Positions 1 through 7,200 of a DNA stretch of 39,943 bases are shown piece after piece (positions within the stretch are counted from its first letter, which is position 1; each line of letters begins with the position of its first letter). The notes beneath the pieces are model-generated. The model saw nothing but the letters and a program-made list of their open reading frames with translations, was not told the DNA's origin and made no database searches. A program made the position numbers and the translations under genes. Source of the DNA: Candidatus Bipolaricaulota bacterium. Lineage in GTDB: Bacteria; Bipolaricaulota; Bipolaricaulia; UBA7950; UBA9294. The stretch is taken from contig JAKLFO010000002.1 of assembly GCA_022711155.1 (NCBI GenBank), forward strand, positions 1-39,943, read 5' to 3'.

Positions 1-305
1 TCCGTCTTTGTGGGCGCTGCCAGGGCTGTGCTTGCAGGCAAGCTCTCTGGCTGCGGGTTTGCGGCTGCTATTGTCTCACCCGCCAACCCGCGCGCGAGCG
101 CCGCATCGCCCGACGTGTCGACGACGAGCACCGTGGGCACGAGGCTGTCCAACCGTACGCGTTCGGTCTCTCCGAACTGCGACATCACGGCGACAACCAT
201 CGGGTAGAAGACGAGCGGGAAGATGACGGTCAAGAAGAACGTGCGCCGATCGCGGATCGCGCCAAGGAGTTCCTTGGCGAACAACAGGCGCACGTTCTTC
301 AGCAT
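1..305 (-). CDS. ABC-2 type transporter permease (NatB/NosY-like), N-terminal part only; runs off the window edge
   Basis: Not in the ORF track because there is no stop inside the window. My translation from ATG 305-303 gives MLKNVRLLFAKELLGAIRDRRTFFLTVIFPLVFYPMVVAVMSQFGETERVRLDSLVPTVLVVDTSGD... The KE..RDRRT motif, then a first TM helix, then an extracytoplasmic stretch is the usual ABC-2 permease N-terminus. The ATG lies 8 nt after the stop of the upstream gene. Confidence 0.6.
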   Translation of the reverse strand, partial: MLKNVRLLFAKELLGAIRDRRTFFLTVIFPLVFYPMVVAVMSQFGETERVRLDSLVPTVLVVDTSGDAALARGLAGETIAAANPQPESLPASTALAAPTKT

Positions 306-313
306 CGCGCGGC

Positions 314-2050
314 CTAGTCCGACGCCGGCTTCGTCGAGGACGAGGACGGTGTCGTCGTTGGCGACGTCGGCGTCGCGGGCACGGTCGTGGACGGCGTCTG
401 CGTCGTGGACGGCGTGGCCGTAGACGGCATGGCCGTAGACGGCGTAGCCGTAGACGGCGCCACCGTCGCCGAAGCGGTCTGCGTCGGCGTCGCCGGCGTC
501 TGCCCGAGCGCGGTCCCCGACAACTCGGCCTGCGTCGTCCCGTCCTTCGATCCCGTCGTCGCCGCGGGCACGGAGGTCGTCGATGCCGTCGAGGTGGTCG
601 ACGGAGTTGTCACGGTCGGCGTCGTTGCGGGCTTCGTGGTGGCGGGCGCCGTCGTCGCGGTGGACGCCGCCGGCTTCGTCGTGGTCGTGGCCGTGGTCGG
701 CGCGGTGACGGCCGGCGTCGTACTCGCGGGCTTGGTCGTCGACGTGGCCGCCGTCGTCGCGCTCGACGTTCCGGTGGTCGCGCCGGTCGGGGTTCCCGTC
801 GTCGCCCCGCGGCTCGCCGGCGGCGCGTCGTCCTTCAGGAGGACTTTCGTCTGCACGGCTTCGACGACGCCGGACGCGTTCTTGCTGTAGTACGAGATCG
901 ACCGCGCGCCGTCTTCGCCGGTGATGCGGAACGGGACGGAGTAGCGCAGCCAGCCGCCGTCGTTGATCCGGTAGTAGGTCTCAGCGCGCCCGTACGTCGA
1001 TTCCTGCGCCCGCCGCAACGTGATGAGCGACGACGACGTGATCCACGTGCCGCGCGAGTCAGTGTACTTGGGGTCGCCGATCTCGATCGCGGTCTGCGGA
1101 GCGTGGTTGTCGAGCAGGAACGACACGGTCCTCTTTGCCTCGGCGTTCCCCAGCTTGTCGATGCCGTAGTACGTGATCTTCCGCACGCCGTCGTCGCCCT
1201 TCAGCAGGATGGGCGAGCTGTAGGTCGTCCAGGCGCCGTTGTCGATCGAGTACTTGATCTCGGCGAGGCCGCTGCCCAGGTCGGCCGCGGTCAGGGTGAT
1301 CGGAGTCTGCGAGGTGACCACCAGCGATCCGTCGGGAGCCACGAGGTTCCCGGCGTAGCTCGGACCGGCGGGCTGGACGCTCGTCAGTTCGGCCGGAGCG
1401 GCCATGAGCGGCTTCGCGTCGTCGAGCGGGTAGTACGGCTCGTCGCCGATCCCGTCCTTGTTTGCGTCGGCGCCGTCGTAGTCGCTCCAGTAGTTGCCGC
1501 TCTTGCCTTCGTACCAGGTGTTCCACCCTTGCGGGTCGTACCCGGCGAGGCCGTTGTCGAGGAACGAGTTCCCTGTGACAACGTTCCCCTGCGACAGGGC
1601 GGCCATCATAACCCCGTAGCGGCACTCGGCGATCACGCTGTCCGCCACGCGGTTCATCCGCGAGTTGAGCAGGAAGACGGCCGTGTCAGACCGCCTCACT
1701 TGAATCTCCTCGATACGGCCGTTCTCGACGGAATTGAGGTAGACGCCGGCGACGCGCGCGCCTTCGACCACGCAGTCGCGAATCACGAAGTGCTTCGTCG
1801 TGTGGTCGATGTAGAACCCGTAATCGGCGTTCGCGGGCGCGATGCTCCACCCTTCGATGACGTACGGGTCGGTCTGCGTGCCGCTTCCCGACATCACGCC
1901 GTTCGCGTACGTGAAGTCCTCATCCCCGAAGATGTAGATTGGCTCGTGCGTTCCCCACCAGAGGAACCCTCCGACCTGCCCCCCCACCAGGCCGGCCGAT
2001 ACGACGGCGGTGACGACGAGCGCCAGCGCCCATCCGACCTTCCTGCCCAT
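314..2050 (-). CDS. N-terminally membrane-anchored surface protein: NosD-type right-handed beta-helix, two Ig-like (OmpL47/chitobiase-type) repeats, and a ~170-aa Thr/Pro/Ser/Ala-rich tail
   Basis: The track ORF 314..2770 overlaps the ATPase gene. The internal ATG at 2050 (MGRKVGWALALVVTAVVSAGLVGG, a TM helix) is preceded by AAGGAGG 5 nt upstream. It has PbH1-like repeats and the NosD hallmark GNYWSDYDGADANKDGIGDEPYYPL. Two ~75-aa repeats are present (IKYSIDNGAWTTYSSP.. and YYRINDGGWLRYSVP..). The TAG stop is at 314-316. Confidence 0.8.
   Translation of the reverse strand: MGRKVGWALALVVTAVVSAGLVGGQVGGFLWWGTHEPIYIFGDEDFTYANGVMSGSGTQTDPYVIEGWSIAPANADYGFYIDHTTKHFVIRDCVVEGARVAGVYLNSVENGRIEEIQVRRSDTAVFLLNSRMNRVADSVIAECRYGVMMAALSQGNVVTGNSFLDNGLAGYDPQGWNTWYEGKSGNYWSDYDGADANKDGIGDEPYYPLDDAKPLMAAPAELTSVQPAGPSYAGNLVAPDGSLVVTSQTPITLTAADLGSGLAEIKYSIDNGAWTTYSSPILLKGDDGVRKITYYGIDKLGNAEAKRTVSFLLDNHAPQTAIEIGDPKYTDSRGTWITSSSLITLRRAQESTYGRAETYYRINDGGWLRYSVPFRITGEDGARSISYYSKNASGVVEAVQTKVLLKDDAPPASRGATTGTPTGATTGTSSATTAATSTTKPASTTPAVTAPTTATTTTKPAASTATTAPATTKPATTPTVTTPSTTSTASTTSVPAATTGSKDGTTQAELSGTALGQTPATPTQTASATVAPSTATPSTAMPSTATPSTTQTPSTTVPATPTSPTTTPSSSSTKPASD
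401..460. repeat. Tandem 15-bp repeat (ggccgtagacggcrt x3 plus one degenerate copy) inside the Thr/Pro-rich tail coding region
   Basis: Read directly: 416-430 ggccgtagacggcat, 431-445 ggccgtagacggcgt, 446-460 agccgtagacggcgc, with a degenerate copy at 401-415. On the minus strand these encode PSTA(T/M) pentapeptide repeats. Confidence 0.8.
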
Positions 2051-2109
2051 GATGGCCTCCTTGTCTCTGCAGCGGTCAGAATACCACGCGGGGGGCTCGA
2101 TGGGAACCC

Positions 2110-2862
2110 CTAGCTTATGGCATCGCGGCCCACGGCCGTGAAGAAGATGTCCTCCAGGTCTTGATCCCCGTACGCCGCGGCGAGCTCGGCCTGCGTGCCG
2201 CACGCGTGCATCCGGCCGCGGTAGAGGATGGCGACGCGATCGCACAGCTTCTCCGCCAGCCTCATCACGTGCGTCGAGAGGAGGATCGTGCGCCCCTGCG
2301 CCCGGAACAGGGCCACCGTCTCCTCGACGCTCCGGGCGGCCATGATGTCTAGACCGAACGTCGGCTCGTCCAGGATGAGGACCGCGGGATCGTGAAGGAT
2401 GCTCCGCGCGAGCGACAGCTTCTGCCGCTCGCCGGTCGAGAAGGTGCCGACGCGACGGTCGGCGAGCGCGGTCATCTGGAGCATCTCGAATACGCCCTGG
2501 GAGCGCTTGGCGATCTCGGGGTCGGAGAGGCCGCTGATGCGTCCGAAAAAGCGCAGGGTCTCGCGAGCGCTGAACCGGTCGTACAGCCCCGTCTCGGTGG
2601 CGAGGAAGCCGATCCGCTCGCGGACTTGGTCTGGATCCTTCTGCGTGTCGAACCCGGCGATGGTCACGGTGCCCGACGTGGGACTGAGGATCGTCGCGAG
2701 CATGCGCAGCGTCGTCGTCTTTCCGGCTCCGTTGGGTCCGAGCAGGCCGAAAACCTCTCCGGCGCGGCACTCGAACGACACGTCGTCGACAGCGCGCAGG
2801 ACGCCGCGCCGCGTGCGGAACTCCTTCGTCAGGTTCTGCGCTACGACGAGGGCTTCCGTCAT
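2110..2862 (-). CDS. ABC transporter ATP-binding protein (ABC-2 / NatA-CcmA-NosF type)
   Basis: Walker A GPNGAGKTT, signature-like FSTGERQKLSLA, Walker B LILDEPTFGLD. Its ATG overlaps the serS stop (ATGA at 2859-2862). Confidence 0.9.
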   Translation of the reverse strand: MTEALVVAQNLTKEFRTRRGVLRAVDDVSFECRAGEVFGLLGPNGAGKTTTLRMLATILSPTSGTVTIAGFDTQKDPDQVRERIGFLATETGLYDRFSARETLRFFGRISGLSDPEIAKRSQGVFEMLQMTALADRRVGTFSTGERQKLSLARSILHDPAVLILDEPTFGLDIMAARSVEETVALFRAQGRTILLSTHVMRLAEKLCDRVAILYRGRMHACGTQAELAAAYGDQDLEDIFFTAVGRDAIS

Positions 2863-4118
2863 AGCGTGTCGAACCCGACCAGCGGGCGCAGCGCCTCGGG
2901 AACCACGATCGTTCCGTCGGACTGTTGGTTGTTCTCCAGGATCGACGCCACCAGGCGCGATGTCGCGAGGCCGGAGCCGTTCAAGGTGTGGACGAAGACC
3001 GGCTTGTCCTTGGGCGTGGGGCGGTAGCGGATGTTGCCGCGCCGCGCCTGGAAGGCCTCGCAGTTCGAGCAGGACGACACTTCGTAGTAGCGGTCCTGCC
3101 CGGGCAGGAACACCTCGAGGTCGACCGTCTTCGTCGCCTGCTGGGCCATGTCCTCGGTCGTCAGGAGCGCGACGCGGTAGTGCAGGTTGAGCGCCTGCAG
3201 CACGGACTCGGCGTCCGCGATCAGCTTCTCCTGCTCGTCGTACGACGACTCGGGCGTCGTGAACTTGAACAACTCGACTTTGTTGAACTGGTGGATGCGG
3301 ATGAGTCCGCGCTCTTGCTCGCCGTAGCCGCCCGCCTCGCGCCGGAAGCAGGGCGTGTAGGCGACGTACTTCTTCGGCAGTTCGTCGGCGGCCAGCGTCT
3401 CGCCGCGGTGCAGGTTGACGAGCAGGCTCTCCGCGGTCGGGTTCAGGTACAGGCCGTCCTTCTCGATCGCGTACACCTCGTCGGCGAACTTCGGGAACTG
3501 GGACGATACGAAGAAGCTCTGGGCGTTCGCGACGAACGGCGGCAGCACGGGCGTGTACCCGCGCCGGGCGTGGTGTGCCACCATGAACTGGATCAGCGCG
3601 AGTTCGAGCAGCGCACCCTTCCCGGTGTACATGGGGAACTTCGCGCCGGCGATCGTCGCGGCGCGCTTGAAGTCGAGCAGGCCCTTCTCTTCCGCGATGT
3701 CGAGATGGTGGCGCACGGAAAAACCGGCCTCGCGCCGCGTTCCGACGCTGCGGAGGATCACCTTGTCGTCCTTCGACCCGGTGGGGACCGAAGGATGGGG
3801 AACGTTCGGCAGTCGGCTGACGAGGTCCTCGATCCGGCGCTCGACGGCGCGCAGCTCTTCGTCCAGCTTCGACGCCCGCGACGAGATGTCGCTCAGTCTC
3901 TCCAAGAGGTCGTCGGCCGGCTGTTTCGCCTTCTTGCGCGCCGCCACTTCCTCCGATCCGCGATTCTTCTCCGCCTTCAGCTCTTCGACCTTGCCGATCA
4001 GCTTCCGCCGCGCGTCGTCAAGCTCGAAGATCGGAGCGAGATCGATCGACGGATCGCGCGACGCGAGCCGCGCCTGCATCTCCGTCGAGTGCTCCCGCAG
4101 TTCCCGAATGTCGAGCAT
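2859..4118 (-). CDS. serS: Seryl-tRNA synthetase
   Basis: The internal ATG at 4118 (MLDIRELREH..) is preceded by GGAGG. It has an N-terminal coiled-coil arm and class II core motifs (YTPCFRREAG, RIHQFNKVE, NGSGLATSR). The upstream 53 codons of track ORF 2859..4277 are Arg/Gly-rich non-coding read-through. Confidence 0.95.
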   Translation of the reverse strand: MLDIRELREHSTEMQARLASRDPSIDLAPIFELDDARRKLIGKVEELKAEKNRGSEEVAARKKAKQPADDLLERLSDISSRASKLDEELRAVERRIEDLVSRLPNVPHPSVPTGSKDDKVILRSVGTRREAGFSVRHHLDIAEEKGLLDFKRAATIAGAKFPMYTGKGALLELALIQFMVAHHARRGYTPVLPPFVANAQSFFVSSQFPKFADEVYAIEKDGLYLNPTAESLLVNLHRGETLAADELPKKYVAYTPCFRREAGGYGEQERGLIRIHQFNKVELFKFTTPESSYDEQEKLIADAESVLQALNLHYRVALLTTEDMAQQATKTVDLEVFLPGQDRYYEVSSCSNCEAFQARRGNIRYRPTPKDKPVFVHTLNGSGLATSRLVASILENNQQSDGTIVVPEALRPLVGFDTL

Positions 4119-4144
4119 CGTCTGGACCTCCGTTTCGCGCTGCG

Positions 4145-4173
4145 ATTCTAGGAGACGCTCCGCCCGCCGGCAA
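4145..4173 (-). promoter_or_regulatory. Putative sigma70-type promoter for serS: TTGCCG, 17 nt, TAGAAT
   Basis: Reverse complement of 4168-4173 is TTGCCG and of 4145-4150 is TAGAAT, with an exact 17-nt spacer. It lies about 27 nt upstream of the serS ATG. Confidence 0.45.
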
Positions 4174-4204
4174 ACGATGCGTCGCGACGGAGGTTCCAGA
4201 CTCG

Positions 4205-4233
4205 TTTCGCGACCTGCCCCCCCTGGGTATAAT
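4205..4233 (+). promoter_or_regulatory. Putative promoter for the MBL hydrolase gene: perfect -10 TATAAT with a weak -35 (TTTCGC)
   Basis: TATAAT at 4228-4233 stands out in GC-rich DNA. TTTCGC lies at 4205-4210 with a 17-nt spacer. The -35 is poor. Confidence 0.3.
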
Positions 4234-4311
4234 GGCGCCCCGCCGCCTGTCGACTCGCGGCCCGATAAGGCAGGCACACCGCGGCGGGCGCGGCGCAGGG
4301 AGGCCCACGGA

Positions 4312-5160
4312 ATGCGGATCCTGATGTACTCGAAGGCGCTCTACTCGAGCTGGTTGTACTACAGCCCCGACCGCGTCTTGTTCGACGCCGGCGAAGGCGC
4401 GAGCACGATCCTCGGCAACAAAGCGTTCGCGATTCGCCGCGTCTTCCTGTCGCACGGCCACGCCGACCACGTCGGCGGCCTCGTCGGCCTGGTCAACATC
4501 CGCAACAACGCGATGGGAGACAAGGAAAAGGAATTGTCGATCTACTACCCGCGGGACAACTACCTCGTGACGGAGATGATGGCCTTCCTGGCGCGGACGA
4601 ATCGCCGCCTGACGTACGCGCTCGAGTGGGTGCCGCTCGGCGCCGGCGACCGCGTTCCGCTCGAGGGCGGCGCGACGCCGCGCTACGTCGAAGCGTTCCC
4701 GACCGTCCACGTCCACAACGAGAAGTCGCTCGGCTACAACATCGTCGAGGTTCGCCATCGCCTCCGCCCGGAGCTCGCGGGCAAGTCGCAGGAGGAGATC
4801 GTCGAGGTCGTCCGGTCGCGCGGGAAGGAGGCGGTCACCGAGCACTACGAGCAGAAGCTCTTCTCATACGGCGGCGACTCCGTGCCGCTCAAGCCCGCGT
4901 ACATCGCCGACACCGAGATCCTCTGCCACGATACGACCTTCCTCGACGAGGAGGATCGCAAGGAGTACAAGCACGCGACGCTCGCAGAGGCGATCCAGGT
5001 CGCCCGCGACGCGCGCGTGAAGAAGGAACTGATCTGCTTTCACATCTCGAGCCGCTACAAGGCCAAGGTGAAGGAGATCGCCGCAGCGGGCGGGCACTTC
5101 GACGACCTGGACTGCCGCGTTACCTTGGTCCCGCCGGGGCGCGTCTTCCTCGCCGAGTAG
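4312..5160 (+). CDS. MBL-fold metallo-hydrolase, RNase Z/ElaC-like
   Basis: ATG at 4312 is preceded by GGGAGG. The HGHADH (HxHxDH) motif is present and the length is 282 aa. The track ORF 3415..5160 N-terminal part is antisense to serS. Confidence 0.8.
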   Translation: MRILMYSKALYSSWLYYSPDRVLFDAGEGASTILGNKAFAIRRVFLSHGHADHVGGLVGLVNIRNNAMGDKEKELSIYYPRDNYLVTEMMAFLARTNRRLTYALEWVPLGAGDRVPLEGGATPRYVEAFPTVHVHNEKSLGYNIVEVRHRLRPELAGKSQEEIVEVVRSRGKEAVTEHYEQKLFSYGGDSVPLKPAYIADTEILCHDTTFLDEEDRKEYKHATLAEAIQVARDARVKKELICFHISSRYKAKVKEIAAAGGHFDDLDCRVTLVPPGRVFLAE

Positions 5161-5224
5161 GCGGGTGGAGCCGCTGTTCCGGTCCAGCTACGATGACGCG
5201 GTGTCCCCATTCAGAGGAGGAGTC

Positions 5225-6550
5225 ATGGTACAACGCAAATCGACGCGCATCGTGACCGCGTTGCCGGGGCCGAAGTCGGCCGCCGTGCTCGCGAAGAAGG
5301 CGCAGTACGTCGCCGCACCCCTCGAGGCGTACGCCCCATTCATCATCCGCACGAGCCAAGGCGCCGTCATCGAGGACCTCGACGGCAACAGGTTCATCGA
5401 CTTCTCCGGCGGTTGGGGCTGCCTCGCCGTCGGCCAGCGCCACCAGCGCATCGTCGCCGCGCTCCACGACCAGGTCGACAGCTTCCTCCACACGGACTTC
5501 ACCGCCGTGCCGTACGCGCCGCTCGTCGATCTCGCGGAGGCGCTCTGCGCGCGCACGGCGATCTCGGGCGACAAGCGCGCCGCGTTCTTCAACAGCGGCG
5601 CCGAGGCGCTCGAGAACGCCGTGAAGATCGCGCGCGCGTACACGAAGCGGAAGGCCGTCCTCGTGTTCGAGAACGCCTTTCACGGGCGCACGCTCCTCGC
5701 GATGACCATGACCCACAAGGCGAAGCCGTATAAGACGGGCTTCGGGCCGTTCGCCTCGGACGTCTATCGCCTGCCGTATCCCTACGAGTACCGGAAGCGC
5801 GTGACCCCGGAGGAGATCGAGACCGCCCTCCTGTCGCTCGTCGACCCCGCGGAAGTCGCGGTCCTGGTCGTCGAGCCGGTCATCGGAGAGGGCGGCTTCC
5901 TCGTCCCGCCGGCGTGGTTCCTCCCGTTCCTCCGCACGCTCGCGGACAAGTACGGGTTCGTCCTCGCGTTCGACGAGGTGCAGTCCGGCATCGGACGCAC
6001 GGGCAAGTTCTTCGCGTTCGAGCACTTCGATGTGGAACCCGATCTCGTCTGCGCCGCGAAGTCCCTCGCCTCCGGCCTGCCTCTCTCGGCCGTCGTCGGG
6101 CGAGCCAAGGTCATGGATGCCCCGATCCCGAGCGCGATCGGCGGCACGTATGCCGGCAACCCGCTGGCCTGTCGCGCTGCGCTCGAAGTTCTGAAGACGA
6201 TCGACGACGAGGGCCTCCTCGCGCGCGCCAGCCACGTGGGCGACCGGATCCAGGCCCGGTTCCGCCGTCTCGCCGAACGCTTCGACGTCGTCGGCGACGT
6301 CCGAGGCCTCGGCGCGATGGTCGCGATCGAGCTCGTGAAGGACCGCACGACGAAAGAGCCGGCGAAGGACATCGCGTCGAAGATCGCGCAGACGGCGATG
6401 GCGAACGGCGCTATCTTCCCGACGGCCGGCCTGCAGGGCAACGTCCTCCGGGTGCTCGTGTCGTTCGTCATCACCGACGCGGAGATCGACGAAGGGATGG
6501 ACATCCTCGAGGACGCCTTCGCGACGGCGCTCGCCAAGACGAAGGGCTGA
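5225..6550 (+). CDS. gabT: Class-III PLP aminotransferase (4-aminobutyrate aminotransferase-like)
   Basis: ATG at 5225 follows AGAGGAGGAG. Motifs FDEVQSGIGRTGK and AAKSLASGLPLSAV (PLP lysine) are present. Substrate specificity is not determinable by eye. Confidence 0.8.
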   Translation: MVQRKSTRIVTALPGPKSAAVLAKKAQYVAAPLEAYAPFIIRTSQGAVIEDLDGNRFIDFSGGWGCLAVGQRHQRIVAALHDQVDSFLHTDFTAVPYAPLVDLAEALCARTAISGDKRAAFFNSGAEALENAVKIARAYTKRKAVLVFENAFHGRTLLAMTMTHKAKPYKTGFGPFASDVYRLPYPYEYRKRVTPEEIETALLSLVDPAEVAVLVVEPVIGEGGFLVPPAWFLPFLRTLADKYGFVLAFDEVQSGIGRTGKFFAFEHFDVEPDLVCAAKSLASGLPLSAVVGRAKVMDAPIPSAIGGTYAGNPLACRAALEVLKTIDDEGLLARASHVGDRIQARFRRLAERFDVVGDVRGLGAMVAIELVKDRTTKEPAKDIASKIAQTAMANGAIFPTAGLQGNVLRVLVSFVITDAEIDEGMDILEDAFATALAKTKG

Positions 6551-6696
6551 CGCGAGGATCCGTGCGACGGGCGGACGAGCTTCGAACGGCACGCGGCAAC
6601 GGCTGGGCGTTTCCGCGGAGCGCGCCCAATCAACGTAGGGAAGGGCGTTTCCCCGTCGCCGCGGCCCGAAACCGCCACACACACTGCGATCCGGAC

Positions 6697-6725
6697 TTGA
6701 CAAGCGAACCGTTCGTTGCCATACT
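6697..6725 (+). promoter_or_regulatory. Putative sigma70-type promoter for HU gene: TTGACA, 17 nt, CATACT
   Basis: A perfect -35 TTGACA sits at 6697-6702, followed by a 17-nt spacer and CATACT at 6720-6725. It lies about 32 nt upstream of the GTG start. Confidence 0.55.
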
Positions 6726-6757
6726 GGCATCAGATCCTCATACCTAGGGGGTACGAC

Positions 6758-7054
6758 GTGAACAAAGCGGAACTCGTCGAGAAGCTGGCGAAGGGCACCG
6801 GGCTCACCAAGAAGGACGCGCGGGCGGCGCTCGATGGCGTGGTCGATGTGATCACGCAGGCACTGGCGAAGAACGAGCCAGTCATCATCACCGGGTTTGG
6901 GAAGTTCGAGACCCGGAAGCGCAAGGCGACGACGCGGATGAACCCGCAGACCGGGCAGCGCATCAAGACCCCGGCCAAGGTCGTCCCGGCGTTCAAGTCG
7001 GGCAAGAACCTCAAGGACATCGTCGCCAAGAAGGCGGCGGCGACGAAGAGGTAG
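6758..7054 (+). CDS. hup: HU/IHF-family nucleoid-associated DNA-binding protein
   Basis: GTG at 6758 (VNKAELVEKLAK..) gives the canonical HU N-terminus. Motifs GFGKFETRKR and RNPQTG-like MNPQTGQRI are present. The TTG at 6716 in the track would add 14 non-HU residues. Confidence 0.9.
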   Translation: MNKAELVEKLAKGTGLTKKDARAALDGVVDVITQALAKNEPVIITGFGKFETRKRKATTRMNPQTGQRIKTPAKVVPAFKSGKNLKDIVAKKAAATKR

Positions 7055-7098
7055 GCCAGAAGGGCTCGCTGCCTGCGGGCAGCCTAAGGAATGAGGCA

Positions 7099-7128
7099 AG
7101 GGGAAGCTACGGCTTCCCCTTTTGTTTT
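7099..7128 (+). terminator. Rho-independent terminator after hup
   Basis: A 9-bp GC-rich stem aggggaagc / gcttcccct (7099-7107 with 7112-7120) has a 4-nt loop tacg, followed by tttgtttt. Confidence 0.8.
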
Positions 7129-7200
7129 GGGCTATCGTAGCCTGGACTCCCGGAGCCGGGAGCGAGGGACGGGCGGCGCCGGCCGCTCGAAGGAGCGGAC

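Noticed and set aside
386-460. Short tandem repeats that might suggest a CRISPR array or minisatellite.
   Set aside because: The units are 15 bp and directly adjacent with no spacers. They lie in frame inside a coding region and encode PSTAT-type pentapeptides. No CRISPR-like repeat-spacer structure and no cas genes occur anywhere in the window.
1-2862. Interpreting the NosD/ABC module as a genuine nitrous-oxide reductase maturation (nosDFY) cluster.
   Set aside because: No nosZ, nosL, nosR or nosX is present in the window and the gene order differs. The beta-helix protein also carries extra Ig-like domains and a mucin-like tail. The left edge truncates the locus, so this is not absolutely excluded.
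4119-4311. Possible T-box leader upstream of serS.
   Set aside because: Only about 27 nt separate the putative promoter from the serS ATG. No T-box sequence, specifier-loop architecture or terminator/antiterminator pair is visible in the 190-nt spacer.
3415-5160. N-terminal extensions of real genes as listed in the track. Examples are 3415..5160, 314..2770, 2859..4277, 10442..11848, 13338..15065, 19201..21000, 24462..25652, 28482..29588, 29595..32609, 34259..36469 and 36415..39399.
   Set aside because: The extensions overlap neighbouring genes, have junk-like composition, and lack SD sequences. Internal starts give canonical protein N-termini and have GGAGG-type SDs or 4-nt start/stop overlaps.
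6605-6652. Direct repeat gggcgtttcc (6605-6614 and 6643-6652) and a weak gggaa/ttccc hairpin in the gabT-hup spacer.
   Set aside because: It is only 10 bp in GC-rich DNA, and the hairpin has a 5-bp stem without a U-tract. That is too weak to call a terminator, operator or ncRNA without comparative data.
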